Below, one piece after another: positions 1 to 13,527 of a stretch of 64,000 nt of DNA. The position numbers and the translations under genes are program-made. The DNA is from the human T2T-CHM13v2.0 reference genome, Homo sapiens: assembly GCF_009914755.1 (NCBI RefSeq), contig NC_060939.1. One strand, given 5' to 3'. The notes beneath the pieces are model-generated. The model saw nothing but the letters and a program-made list of their open reading frames with translations. It was not told where the DNA came from and did not search any database. Numbering within the stretch: position 1 is the stretch's first letter; each line of letters begins with the position of its first letter.

Positions 1-407
1 CAGTTTTCCCCTGTGCTGGAAGTGACTTGGGATTGGAGCCCTGTTTTCACCACCAATGACTCTTATAGCTTTCCAATTTGCATTCATCATTGTCCACCAC
101 AGGACTCTTGGCAGCACAGTCTGGTTGCCAACCACCTCCCTGTGGGGCAATGGCATTGGCAGCCTTCCCATTCCTCATTGCTTCCATTCCAGGAAAAGGG
201 AAGCAGCTGGCATCCTGGAGGGCCCATGGGGCCTTCTGTAGGTGGATGCGCACTCCTGCCACTCCTGGCAGCATGAAGGTGGCTGGAGGAACATGACTGC
301 CCTTTGGGGCACCCAGTGGTCCAGGCATGCCTGTATTTACTGCCCTCCCATTTGTCTGATCTGCCCCCTCTTCCCTCCATCCCGGCCCCAGGCTCCCCCT
401 CCATTAC

Positions 408-556
408 CTGCTGGCCCCGCATAGCCTGGTGGATGGTGAGGCTCCGGTTGTTGTGCATGGTGAACAGGATGACCTTGCCCGTGTGGTTGAACCGGGGGGC
501 TCCGGCCACGTACACTCGCCCCTGCCTGGAGGACACGACCGATGTGACTGTGTACC
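408..556 (-). CDS. ITGA11: ITGA11 exon 12 (149 nt): YTVTSVVSSRQGRVYVAGAPRFNHTGKVILFTMHNNRSLTIHQAMRGQQ, FG-GAP repeat
   Basis: Acceptor ggcAG|GGTAC, donor CAG|GTaatg; AGAPR motif. Confidence 0.96.
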
Positions 557-3500
557 CTGCCACAGGAGGAAACAGGCTGATCTTTGGCACCGTGTCCTCA
601 GCAGGCGTTGCTTGGCCCGGTGCATGGCTTGGCAGTGCCAGAGGATGGGCCAGTGATGGGGTAGGTTCAGGGCTAGCTGAGCAGATTCAATCACGCAGGG
701 CCATAATTCCTAGGGGCAGCTGGGGAGGCCTGGAAGAGGCAGGACCCAGGAAGGGGGTTTGGAGGGTAGGGAGAACTCACTGCACCCCAGCCCCTGCTGG
801 AGAAAATAAAGGAAGCCAGGTGGGACTGCTAAAAGACTAACTTGAAATGCACACATCCCTCCTTCACCTGCTCATGAGCACAGCAGAGGGCAATGGGGAG
901 TAGGGCAGACTCTAGCCTCACTTCAGTTAATACTGGGGAGACTTTGTTTTGGTTCCCCACCAATCTTCACTCTCGGAGACTAACCAGGGTTCTCTTTATT
1001 ACCACAAACGCCTGCTAAGTGGCTCACTGAGGACTAGAGTGTGAGCCGTAAATGTGGAAGGAGTTGGTCTGCTTCAGATATTTACATGGGGTCTCAGGGA
1101 TTCTTGCAGCCCCAAAGCTTTGCAGACTCAAAGGTGGAAGCTCCTAGGCTCTTGTCAGCCCCATACATACAGCATGCCAAAGAGAAAGAAAAGGAACCCC
1201 AGGGGCTCTTTTGGAAAGGCTGCCAATCCCCGCTCCCGGTATGGCTGTGCCTGATCACTGTGAATCTCAAGTCGCCCACCCAGTACCCAGGAAGCAAATG
1301 TGCAGCAACTTCAGGCAACTCTCCTGAAAGTGGGCTCCAGCAGGTGTGGAAAGCCGATGGCATCCTAGAATCCCACTTTCTGCCAGATAATCTTGGATCC
1401 CAGATTTTAGATGAGTGTTGGACTTTGTTGACAGTTCCTGGGCTGTTTCTGGGGAACAGATGTCCCCTGCAATGCACGTGTGTGAGTGTGTGTGTGCACA
1501 TATATGCGTGTGCATCTGCGTATCTGTGTGTGTAACACTGTCACTTGGGTCTCATTGGCTGCTTCTAGAGTGGCTATAGGGTGTACAGATGAGCTGACTC
1601 AGTGCCTGGGGGTGAACTGCTCTGGTTCCAGACACAACAGTTTTCACTCTTGAGGCTGTACTTTGGGAAATGAGGCTTGACAGGTCCATAATACCAAGAC
1701 CTCACAAGGGGTGGCTAACATGGCCATGTATTTAGAGCAATCATAAATATATGGGTGGGTGGGCTTAGCCTTGTGGTGTAGGGCAAAGGTTTCTTCTGAG
1801 CTGAGCCCTCAGTGGCACTACTGTAAATGTTCTCAGTTGGTCTTGGGCTTCTGGGCCTGCTTGGAAGGAGGGGCACTGAGATGCAGTTTGAGGTCCAAGT
1901 GTCCTCTGGGCAGGCATGGGTCAGCATTCAAAGTTCACAGAGCTTCCTGCCTTCCAGCTGTCTGTGGGCAGCACCTTTGGTACCCAGGCAACTCTCTGGC
2001 CAGCAGGAAGGGCCATTCTGAGGCTGGGCCAGCCTCCCTGAAGGCCTGATGAAAGGGTAGGACCATGGCCCGAAATTTATACTGCACCCCCAGTGGAGGC
2101 TGGGAGCTGGCCTCCTGGTCTCCTTCCCCTGTAGGACTCCTCTCCCTTGAAACACAGGAGGAATCTTCCAGCAGGCATCTCTGCCCCAGCAGAGAACCCA
2201 GACACTGCTCTCACTGGATGACTCCTAGACGGAGGAGGAGGAGGAGAAAAGGCACTCCCTCAAGACCCCCACCCAAGGCAGTGACTGTGGCTAAGGCATG
2301 ACAGCTGGGCCTCATGAGTGTCCATCAGCCAAGCTCTACCCTATCAGGGTCTTCTGGGAGGGGAAGCAGGGTGGCTTTGCTGGGCCAGGGGGATATTCAT
2401 CCTGCTGAGCTCTCACTCAGATATGTTCAGCTCCCTGTTGCCAACATGAAAAACTCAAACGTCTTAATCTGGCATTCGAGGCCTCCTGCTACAGTCTATC
2501 CCAACCTTCCCTCTCCTCCATGTTCCCACTTCTGCCCCCTGCTCCAGCCACACTCATCTACTTCTTGGGTCCTGAAATAACCTGGTATTTCCCACATGTT
2601 CCTCCTTTTCTTGGCCCTTCTTGGCTTATTTGAAATGGCCCCTGCGGTGGAGACCTGGTGTAGGCTCCAGCTCCTACACAGTAGGTCCCGAGTGTACCAG
2701 CTCGCTGGACCATGGCCAACCACTTCGTTTCTCTGACTCACTTGGAATTAACCTCATGGGCCCTGGGACACCCTGATGTGATCTGCCTTGCTGTTTAATG
2801 CCTCGAGGCACCTGCACCTTGCACCCCTTCTTTGGTTTCCTCACTTCCAGCACAGGGCTGTACACTTGGGAGGAAACACAATAAAACACGAGTCATTCTA
2901 GTTTCTAGTTAAAGGGTTGCTAGCCTTTGTTCTTCCAGCATCTTTCCCAGTGTTTGAGCATTTGCCAAGGCAAGGACTCCAATCTTTCTCTCCTTTATTT
3001 GTGCTTTTATCTGAGCTCCTACCTCAATTGTGTTATAATTATCTGCGCACATGTCTGTGTCTCCCACTGGCCCAGAAGCAGCTTGAGGGCAGGCGCTGTG
3101 TCCTGCTTACCACGGCACTTAACATGGCACTCTGATGGCATCAACTGCAGGTGCTATGCAATTCAGGTTTAACACCTTGCGAATTAAATGGAACGCAGGC
3201 CCTAGGGCCAGGTGCTGTTGGGAAACTTCTAGGGATCTACACTTCTGAATTTTCTAGCACAGTCCTGATTCCAGCATTTTGCCCTTTTGTCAGCTGAGGG
3301 TCCCATGGTTGGGGATAGAAAACAGGGTAACCACAGCGTGGGCAGAGTCATAGGCAGGGTATTGGCTAACGAGCTGAGGAACAAAGGTCGGGATGGGATG
3401 AAGCATCAGAAAGATGGACGCATGGACAGATTCGCTGTCCACTCTGGGTGGCCCCAAGTCCATGGAGGAGTGGGGTCCGAGGAGGCCTCAATGAGGAGTA

Positions 3501-4209
3501 ACTTCACAGACAGTGGATTTGGTTCAGAAATTCTGAAAGACCCAGAGACAGTGGGGACCCTGAACATCACCCCCCTTGCCGCCCTCCCCTCTGGCCCTTC
3601 CTTTAGAAAGGAACAAGCCATGGCGAATGGGACATGCCTGGGGATGGCCAGGTGACTGCTCCTGCAGAGCTGGAAGGTGACTTTGGCCAGCAGGCTAAGG
3701 CCTCGCTGCTGGGACCTTCACCATCAATGATTTGTGCTTCTATCTAGATATCCACTTCCAAAGTGCTTCATGGGCAGCGACTTCTGCCTTGATTATGAAC
3801 ATTAAGAAATAAAAATGAATGCAGGTTCCACTCGACTTGCGTTTTGCCTTTGGGAGGCAGGCTCAGTGTACTGGAGCCCTAGGCAGCCCCAAAAGCTTTA
3901 AGGCACAACAACAGCTGACCCAGAGTCTAGAAGCACCAAATGAAACACATTGAAGGGAGTGGGGAACTGCTTGTCCTTTATTCTACCTATTTATGGAGAG
4001 CCTGTTATACGCTGGGCATGGTGCTGGGCGCGGTGGATACCAGGGTGGAGAGGAAATGCCCCCGGGGATGCTCTTCAGAGTTGGGTGCTTGAATCAGCCC
4101 AGAATATACACGGCAGGCCCCTCACTCGTGTGTGGGCTGGGGGTTGTGCAGCCCCTGGGTGCCCTCCCGGCCCACGACCCGCCAGCCTCCCCTCACTCTG
4201 CGCTCTTAC

Positions 4210-4354
4210 CCAGGTATGCACCATGGTTCTTGAGCTCCTCGGGGAACTCTTTCAGGTAGGACTCGCGGAGAGGAATGACCTTCCCGGCACTCGTCTCCTT
4301 TAGCACAGCTCCATTCCAGTCATAGGCACCGACGGCTCCCAGCAGAACCCCATC
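4210..4354 (-). CDS. ITGA11: ITGA11 exon 11 (145 nt): DGVLLGAVGAYDWNGAVLKETSAGKVIPLRESYLKEFPEELKNHGAYL-G
   Basis: Acceptor tgccAG|GAT, donor CTGG|GTaaga. Confidence 0.96.
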
Positions 4355-7300
4355 CTGGCATTGGGGAGGGGACACACATCAGCACCTGTCCTCATGGGCC
4401 AGTTGCCAGGAGCCACATCAGGTCCTATGACCAGTGACGCCTCCACCAGCCACCTCGGGCACCTTCTCCTGGGTGCATTATTTAGCAACCTAACTTCTGG
4501 CTGGGGCTCTTGGCTTTTGAATAAGCCAAGGAGACTTTCTTGCCCCATTCCATCCTTGGCACAAAATGGGTCAAATTGATCCCAAGGACAGGAATTTAGG
4601 GAAAAAGGAATGTTCTAGAAACAAACTCTAAATCCAGGGCCAAACCTCCATCCCTCCTTGGGCTTCAAAACCCTTTAGGGACCGTCTCGCCACTGTCCAC
4701 TCCTTCTGACATGTATTGAAGGAGGGAAAGGGCCCCTTGCACTTGCCCTTCTTTAATATTTCTTTGCAGTGTCTGAGTTGCTTCCCTGCACGTAAATCCT
4801 ACTCCTTGGTTTCTTCAGCAAACATTCACTGAGGTCTCCTTTGTGCCAGGCATTTGTTTGGTGCCAGGGATATTGTCCCCCGTATCCCCGCCCCCAACCA
4901 CCAGCAACAGAGCTTGAAGATACAAAAAAAAAAAAAAATACTCAACAAACATGCAGTTGCAAACTGTGATCAACGCAATCAGGGAAAACCACAGTGAGGC
5001 TGAATCTAGATTGAGATGGGGGTTAGGAAAAGTCTTCGAGGATGTCATGTTTACCCGTGTACCTGAAAGATGGGTAGAGCCAGAGAGAAAGAAGAGCTGG
5101 AGAAAAGGGCCAGGAACAGTTTGTGCAAAGGCTCTGAGGCTGGAGAGAGCACGGAACCTTTGTTCATAAGGAACTGAACGCTGTTTGATGGGGCTGGAGC
5201 ACCAAGCAAGAGGGGCAGAGAGCCTTGACATGAGGCTGGACAGATAAGCCAGGGCCACCTCCATGACAGCCAGCACCCAAGGCACTGGTGCTTCTGCTTG
5301 TTTCTCAGGGCTTGGAAGGTCTTGTTCTACCCACCAGTTGCAGGACAAGCGGAAGCTGCAATGCTTGGGCAGGAAGACAGGAAACTCTGGCTCCTTGAGG
5401 GAAAGTTTCCAGGTTACTGACCCCATGGCCCTTTCTTGAAGACTGGGTCCACTCACCCTCTCTCTCCTGTATCCCCGATCCCCTGCTTCAGCAATCGACA
5501 TACCTACTGGGTACAGGCAGACAAACAGCCAGCACTTGGAAGAGGAAGGAAAATGACCAGGGACGATGACGGGCCCAAGGAAGGTGGTGGAAACAGGGAA
5601 GGGCTGCCTTCTGGGTTACCTTGGTGATTACAGGGGTGGGGGCAGACTGTCTGGATCCCAGCTTTGGGCTTTCAAAACACAGGCTGGTAAATCACCACTC
5701 TCTCCCACGGAGCCTTCCCTGAGCCCGGCTGCCTGGCTGCCTGGGTGAGCTTGAGATTCCCACCGCTTTACAGAGTCAAGCTGATCTTATCAAAGGGTTA
5801 ACAAATCCTAACCCTCCAGAGGTAGAACTGACTGTTCAGACAGAATGTTTTTACAGCTATAAATAAGCTGGTCTTGGGAGAGTCAATGTGCTTGGTTATG
5901 TTTCACATTGTACTTTCTAATTAGCCTTCTTCCTGCTACTCTGTGCTCGAGCCTCAGCCTAGGAGGCTCTGACAGTTTGTTCGGGCCACGACAGGAGCCA
6001 GGAACTCATATATTCGCTGTCCACAAAGTCACCACCAACATTCCTGCACGTGGGGTGTGCTCTATTCTTTGTGGAGTACTTTCTCATCTGGCTGCCCATT
6101 TGGGCCCAGAGGCCCTGTGAAATCAGAAGGACAGATGTTCATTATTTGCACTTGACAAATGAGCCGTTGAGGTTCAGAGGGGGAAGGGACTTGCCCAAGG
6201 TCACACAGCAAGTCAGAGGCAGGGCTGGGGCTTTGACCAGAGAGGTAAGTAGGGCAGAGAAGAAAACATCTATCTGTTTCCCCAAAGCCTGCTGTGGGTC
6301 CAGCTTTCCATTTTCCACCTGAACCCTCCTGAGGGAGGGGCGCAGTATTTGGGGTCTGACTTTCTTCCTTCCTTTCCTCCCTCTCTCTGCCTGTTGAGTC
6401 CAAGTTTGTAACTGCAGACCTGGCTTCTGTGCTTCATGGACAGGCCTTTGAAGATGAATTTCTGGCTCTGCAGATGACAGGGAGCCCCTGTGATGTACTG
6501 AGAAGGGCTGGCTTGGCCCAGGGGCGTGGGATTCAGCCGGGGAGACCCCTCACACTGATTCTCCCTATGGGAGCTTGGGGAATTCCGTCATGACTTCTGG
6601 ATTTGGCAACACTTGGCCAGGCGATCGCTTACAGTCTCCCACCTCATCCCATTTTAACCCTGACAGCAGCTGCAGTCTTGGGCCTGCAGTGGGAGGCCCT
6701 TTCCTGAGAGTGAATTTGTTGTGGCCAGGGAGAGTCTTCTGAGGATGGGGACACTGTGAGGAGTAGATAGGTTAAGGCCACTGAAGCAAGCCTTAGTATG
6801 TCACAATCTCTTCCCAGCTGGGGAAGCCCAGACATTTTGAGTTTAGAAAAATCTAGAAGGGTGGGGCAAAAAAAGAGAAGGGACCAAATCCTTAATAGGG
6901 GAAGTCAGGCATGTGGGCCCAGCTGGCAAACAAACAGTGGGCATTCCCGGGAAGAGCTGTGTCCCCCGCTCTGCAGGCCTCGCACTGGCTTCCTGTTTTA
7001 TAGCCTCCTTTCCTATGTGGGGCCACCTGGGCTCCCACCAGATATTACCAGGGTGTGCCTGGGTGGCCTTGCACGAGGGGACCTTCCCCACAAGCTGATT
7101 TTCCTGGCGTTCTGTGTAGACATGAGGTCTCAGGCTTGGCAGCTGTCAGAAGGTCTGAGGCCACGCTGTGCCTTCCCAAAGGACGTTGTAGCCCTAGCAC
7201 CTGCAGTGTGTGTAGCTCCCTCCACCAGACCCTGCCAACTCAGCTCTCAGCTGCCCTCTGACCTGGCCTCTGAGGCAGTCTTGCCTTCCCAGCTGAGCTG

Positions 7301-7412
7301 CGTGCTCCCAGGGTGTGTGACCATATCTCTCAAAGCCCTGTGTTCCGGCCAGTCCATGTCCCAAGCCAGGGTTGGACCACAGCCCCGGCAGTGAAGGCAG
7401 CATGGTCTAGGG

Positions 7413-7612
7413 CAGTGCTGCTCAGCCGGGGCAGGTTTGTGCCCTAGGTGATATTTGCTTGTTACAGCTGGGGGTAGTGGTGGGGGTGCTACTGGTGTCT
7501 AGTGAGTCGAGGCCAGAGATGCTGCTAACCATCCTACAATGCACCAGATGGTCCCTTACGGCAGAGTTATCCAGCCCAAGATGTCACTAGGACAGAGGTG
7601 GAGGATCCCTGG
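7413..7612. mobile_element. MER20-like hAT DNA transposon relic
   Basis: gctactggtgtctagtgagtcgaggccagagatgctgctaaccatcctacaatgcac resembles the MER20 consensus. Confidence 0.75.
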
Positions 7613-7705
7613 CGTGGTGGTGAGAGCAGGAAGGAGTTCTGGAGTCAGAGGCTTCTGAGTTCCACTTCCAGCTCAGAGCTTCTAGCTGTGTGACCCTGGG
7701 CAAGT

Positions 7706-7707
<2 letters not shown>

Positions 7708-7743
<36 letters not shown>
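7708..7743. repeat. (TC)n microsatellite, ~18 units
   Basis: Perfect tc run inside a MIR. Confidence 0.95.
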
Positions 7744-7746
<3 letters not shown>

Positions 7747-9266
7747 CCTTGAGTTCCTCAGCTGTAAAATAGTTCTGTTGTGAAAATCAGCATTTTTAAT
7801 TCTTAGCAGGGCGCTTGGCAGCCAGTGAGTACTTGGTACATGGTAGCTCTTCTCGTTCATGAATCCATCTGTAAGCATCTCCCCAGTGGTCGGGAGTCGA
7901 AGAATCAGGTGTCACAGTCACGTTCGTCATTGCGGTAGCATGTGAGAAGTGCTCTGATGGAGTCAGGGACCGGTTATTTTGGCAGTCCCAGGAGCAGGTG
8001 AACAACTGAGAAGAGGGGGTGAGTACATAGTAGGGTTAGGAAAGGCTTTTAAGAAAATCTTACTTGATTTATTAGTAAGTCTCAAAACGAACACTTCCAG
8101 TTCCAAGCCTTGATTCGATTTCACAAATATTCTTCAGACATCTACTAAGACAAGCTCAGACAGGTCAAATGATTTTTCTGAGCCCACATGCCAGACAGTG
8201 CTTCCCTCTTGCCCAGTAGTCACGGAATTAGGATACCAGGTGCCAGTAATTCTTCCTTCTAGCTCTTTTTGGCTTTTGTGAGGCAAGACGATGGAGCCAG
8301 GTGGAGGTAGTCGCTGGTGGTGCTGTGGGCTGGTGTGATGGGAGACCCCTAGAGGACACCGAGGCTGTCCTCCCCCGCCAAACTCCCGAGAGTCCACGTC
8401 AGAGTGGCTGTAGAGGGGTGAGGCTCTGTTCCCAGGAGCCCCTTCTAAGGCACATACACCATTTAGAGGGTGGATTATGCTTTTTCACTAATGGCTTGGA
8501 GTCTTAGAAGGCTTGTTTCAACAAGCTTGAAGTGGACCTGAGGAAGGGATGAATGGCCAGGAGGCTTAAATGGGGTGTGGGCAGGAAAGGCCCAGAAACA
8601 GCCCCTCTGTCTTTCTGTGGAGGAGGGGCCCTCACCATGTGCGGTGCTGGAATCCGGCAGCTGGGGTGAGCAGAAGGGGCCGCGGGGACCTGGGCGTGCT
8701 ACACTGACTGCTCATTCCCCATCAGAGTTGGTTGCCTCCTGTCAGAGGCCCTGGGAAAGAGACCCAGGAGTGGGCACTAGGGCACAGCCTGAGGATATGG
8801 GGCCAGGCTTAGGAGGACCCGAATGAACCAGAAATGATTCCTGCCACCAGGAGACAACTCGCAAACCCTTGGGACCAGCGTGGCAGAGGACCTCAGCTGC
8901 TGTGTCCTGGACCCCTGGGGAGAGGGCCAGGAGACCATCTTGACTGCCCGCCCAGCCTGGCAGGTGAAGGAGTCTATTGTTTAGGTCTAGGGGGGCACAG
9001 GAGGGGTTTACAGCTTCCACAGGTCAACTCCTCAATTCACCATTATCCATCAGCTTCTCTCATTTTTTGTTGAATCAGATACGCAAAACCAGTTCAAATG
9101 CGAAACCCTTAGGGAAGATTACACCTCTAAAGCTTCAGCCACTAAGAACCTTAGCGAATAGCCAATACCCTTCATTGTCTAGACCTCAATCCCAGGAGGG
9201 CCTGTGGGATGGGTACAGGCTGAAGAGGCAGGAGGGTGGCTGGGGTAGCTCATCTGGGATGTTTAT

Positions 9267-9770
9267 ACCTCCAGAGGGGGACTAGACTCGAAGACTCTGT
9301 AATCCCATGGGCCTTGAGGGGAAGAAGCGGAGGGAGAAAGAGGACTACAAATAATTGATGCGCATGGGTGATGGTGCTGCAGAGGACCCTCCCACACAGG
9401 GCTCAGCTGAACTTGACCTGCTTCATAACAGAACTGAGCACTGGTCCTGTTAGGTCATCACGTGCAGGGTAAGTGACCTCACCTTTAGGTACAAGAGAAA
9501 AAGGATCTCTTCCCACCTTGGGTGAGTCACCAAGGTTTCTGCGTAGACAAGATCTACCCTGATAAAACTGCTTCCTTCTGTAAACTTTTGGAGTTAGGGC
9601 AGATTTAGGATTCCAGTGTAGGAAGGCGGATGCGAAATCCCTCCAGCTGAGCCCTCTGCACACCGTCACCCATGCCCATCAATTCTTTGTAGTCCTCTTT
9701 CTCCCTCTGCATCTTCCCCTCAAGGCCCATGGGATTACAGAGTCTTAGAGTCTAGTCCCCCTCTGGAGGT
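9267..9770. repeat. Inverted repeat; arms 9267-9385 and 9653-9770
   Basis: Manual reverse-complement alignment: 6 substitutions and 1 indel over ~119 bp. Confidence 0.95.
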
Positions 9771-10758
9771 GTGAATCCCTTCTCCCAACTTTCTGGCAGA
9801 TTGTTGCAGCTCCTGCTTGATTACCCAGCTTGACAGGTAGTTCACTACCTCAGCAGACAGCCAGCACTAATGGAAGCCACTCTGGCTCTTAGTGACCTTT
9901 GCGTTCATTTCCAAATGCTAATGGAAGCATTAGCTTAAAAATGTATTCTAAAGTCTGACCAGGGATCCACAGCTAGCCTTCCTGATGATAATTTTTGGAA
10001 TATTTTCTTTCCCCTTTCTGCAAATCAAGACTAGGGTTTCCAGCTACCCGGGTTTTCCCAATGGCTCAGACGTTTTGCCTTCAGCCTGGAATGTAATGTT
10101 TTGGGGCCCTGGACTCTGTGGGTGTCCAGGTGATGTCTTGGGGTCTCCCCTCTACCCTGGGCTCTGGTCCCTTCTCTCTCCTGTTGTTTTTACCCTTGCT
10201 AATTCAAAGACTGATTTCCTTGCTCATTAAGACGGCAGCAAACCAAGCAAGGAGGAGCCGGGCCTTTCTTCTGCCATCTGAGAACATTCTACTAGGGATC
10301 TCTCCTTCTACCAGAACTAAACAGGCCCGGGGAAGCCCCTCAGGCTCCTTCAGTATCTCTTCAGGCAGCAGCTGTTTGAGACCATCTGTGGCGCTTCTGG
10401 CAGGGAGGAAGCCTGGGGGCTTGCCTGGGAGACAGACATGCTCAGGGCAAAGTGGAAAGGCTGGACCCAATAGCCCTGATCCCCAGAGAGGCCTAACTGA
10501 CCCTGAGAGCTGAGGAGTTGGACTCCTGGGGACAGGATGGCTGTGGCCATTCATGATGGCATCAGCGGCCTGGCACTGAAAGACGTCTGTGCTCTAAAAT
10601 AGCCCCCAGTGCCCGGTCACAGAGCCAGCCAGCCCATCATGCTTGCACCATTCCTGTGCATTTGAAAGGTTTTTGTTTTTGTTTTTGTTTTTAATACTAA
10701 AGAGTCTCAGATTCAAATGCGATCGTTGTCTCTCTTAAAGTCAAATTAGATGAAAATA

Positions 10759-10866
10759 TCAGGGGTGATGGAAGAACTAGGGTATGAGGAAGAGTCAAGC
10801 TAGGTCCCTGTGTCAGGGGTGATGGAAGAACTAGGGTATATGGGAGAGGCAAGCTGCATCCCTCTG
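10759..10866. repeat. Tandem duplication, 54-bp period, 2 copies
   Basis: tcaggggtgatggaagaactagggtat occurs at 10759 and 10813; the second halves are diverged. Confidence 0.9.
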
Positions 10867-13527
10867 CCTGGGGAACAGAGAAGTTGAGCATATGTGGAAG
10901 GGGCTGCACATGGCAGTCATGACCTTGACGTGACCGAAGTCTTGTGCTGAGGCTGTGAGCTCCTGGGTCTCCTCACTCTGGAAGCTGGGGAACCTGTTGA
11001 TCCTGCAAGGACTCACCTTGCTCAACACTGAACTGCTGGAGCCATTTTCAAGGCTCAGCTCAAGCTTCCCTGAGTCCCTGAAGCCCATTTTAATGTCCTC
11101 CTCTTTTTAGATTCCCCGATTCCTAGGCAGACACAGATCATGATTTTAGAAGCAGGACAGTGAGCTGATTATTTAAGAGTCTTTCTCCCCAGCTAGGCTA
11201 TGAATGGCTGTCAGCTGAAATGTTTCTTTAATGTACCTGGTACAGAGTCTGACACACATGAAGATACTCAAAAAATGGCTGTGAATGGACAAAGGAAACA
11301 TTGGGACATTCATTTTCTCTTCTGTCCCCAACACCAGGGCTGACCTCTGAGCTGTGCCAGGATGTCACCCAGTGTGTGTCCATAATGCTCTCTGTTCTCC
11401 TGCTTACTGCCACCCAGGACTGCTGAAATCCGTGTCCTTTAGGGGCAGCTCGAGTGCCAAGCCCTCTCCGGATCTTTCCCTGACCACCCCTTCTTTTAGT
11501 GGAGGCCCTTCCTTCTATACTACCTTGATCACGTTGCTTTGGTTAACATTAGACATGTACATGTCTCCCCCCATCCCCTGCATTGAGCAGGGGGTCTTCA
11601 CAGGGGATCTTCGGATGAGGGGGGCCTCCAGGTATTGTACACTTTTACCTAGAAGGCATCTATAGTTTCTTTCATCCTACTCTCAAAGCTAAGAACTGCC
11701 GTTCAGGATTGTTTACAAGTTGACTCCTGGTGGCAAGAATCATTTCCGGGTCCTTTCAGCACTTTAGTGGCACTTGACAAATGCATGTAGATTTAATTAA
11801 ATTGCATTTCCTTGTTGCGTTTTCTAATCAGCTCTGACGTCAGAGTCTGGAGACCAGGGCTGGTCCTGCCAGAGCACATGACTCTGCTGGCCCCCACGTG
11901 AATGGATGCTCTCACCTCGCTGTGCTGGGCTCTTTACCCTCAGACTCTGAGCTCCTTGAGGGCAGGGCTCCCGCCTCTGATTCTCCTGGCATCAGGCTCA
12001 GGACCCAGCACAGAGAAGGCACTGAAAAGAGTGGCTGATCCAACCACCTAAAATGGGATAACTATCATCACCTGCCAACCTTGTAGGGCTGTTCTGGTGT
12101 GAAATGAGGTGCAGGAATTTCCTGGAGAAGTTTAAACCGCTGTGCACATGTAACAGGGCTGTTATTAGGATAGGGCAGCTATATTTACATCTTGCTGTTA
12201 TTCAAGACAGTGGGCATGAAACTGTCCAGATGCAGCTCAGAAAAGTCTGAGTGTGAGTGGCATTTCCGTCCATCTGCCGGCTGCATGTCACGCACATGTC
12301 CCCCTCCCCTCCAGTTTGGAAGTTCTGACTCAGACCCCCGGAGATTCCCTCTCACGGAGCAGCTGCTTGGTGTAGAGGAAAGAGCACGAGACTAATATTT
12401 TTTCTGAAGAATTTTACTCCAGCAGGTCACTTAACCTTCTCATGCCTTGAATTCTTTATGTGTAAACTAGGAACAAGGAGTCCTGCCCTATCCACCTCAC
12501 AGAGGAGTTAGGAGAGGGCAACAGGATGACAGTGACATATAACTAGGATGCACTAATGGGCCTTCTCTGGTAAATTAGGAGGAATAAGTACACTCTCATG
12601 GTGCCAGCCCAGGCAGAACACACATACACACACACACACACACTTGCACACACATGCACCTGGGACACCTGTCTGTGCAAAGCACACCCACAAGAGCACG
12701 TATCGATACTGACAGATGCAGTCGGTACGTTTTCCCACATGACAATCCTGGGCAGGACTTTACAGTACATTAAGCATATTCACAGACATCGACTCTTCTG
12801 TCCCCCTTGCAGTCCTGGGAGGCTCCAGCCCCTCCTTATGAACCAGCACCAGGTGAAGCACACAGCGGGGGAGTGATGCAGAGCCCCAGATGTCACATGT
12901 TGCTTGTGACACCACACCCCTCCCTCTGTGGGCCAGCCCCACCCCAGGACCTCTGCAATCTGATGCAGCACCCACACAGTGGGGGGGGCCTATGAGTCAC
13001 CTGCCAGAGCACAGCTGGAACATCTGGATACCCTCCCAACATTGACATGGGGCCTGGCATGTGCAGGCCGCCTTGGGCACTGGAGCTATCCAAAGCACGT
13101 GCCATTGGCTTTGCCACCTGCCCTAGATTTTGCACAAGGCTCTGTGGACTGAATGGGAAGGCACACCCCGCGCCTCACAGGTGAAATTATGGGATTATTG
13201 TCTGTAGTCCATTCGCTTCTAAAGAGCAAATGAACTGTGGCTATTTCTCTGCTGTCCTACAGATTGTACGTTATTTGTGGGAAGGATCACCTGGGTGTTT
13301 ACTCATTGTCTGGTGGCTTAAGACAACATAAATAGGTGGAAGACCTCGACTCCCCTCTTCCAGCCCACAGAAGATGGGAGGCAGAGAGACCCCAAGAAAG
13401 AGAGAAAGTGAGGAGAAGAGCCAACCCATCTGTGAAGGTGGATGACAGATCCAGAGAGCTAGAAAGGGGAAGAGCATGCCCTCGAGAGACAGAGGCTGGG
13501 CTCTGTGCCCGTACCTCCACCACATAC

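Noticed and set aside
4815-5501. 228-aa minus-strand ORF
   Set aside because: Overlaps an L2 relic and a poly-A/T run; no protein homology recognisable.
9268-9283. CTCF-like CCTCCAGAGGGGGAC in both arms of the inverted repeat
   Set aside because: Lacks the conserved C of the GGC core; too weak to call without ChIP data.
10759-10866. Repeat-spacer-repeat pattern resembling a CRISPR array
   Set aside because: Only two copies, and the apparent spacers are themselves similar; it is an ordinary tandem duplication in eukaryotic DNA.
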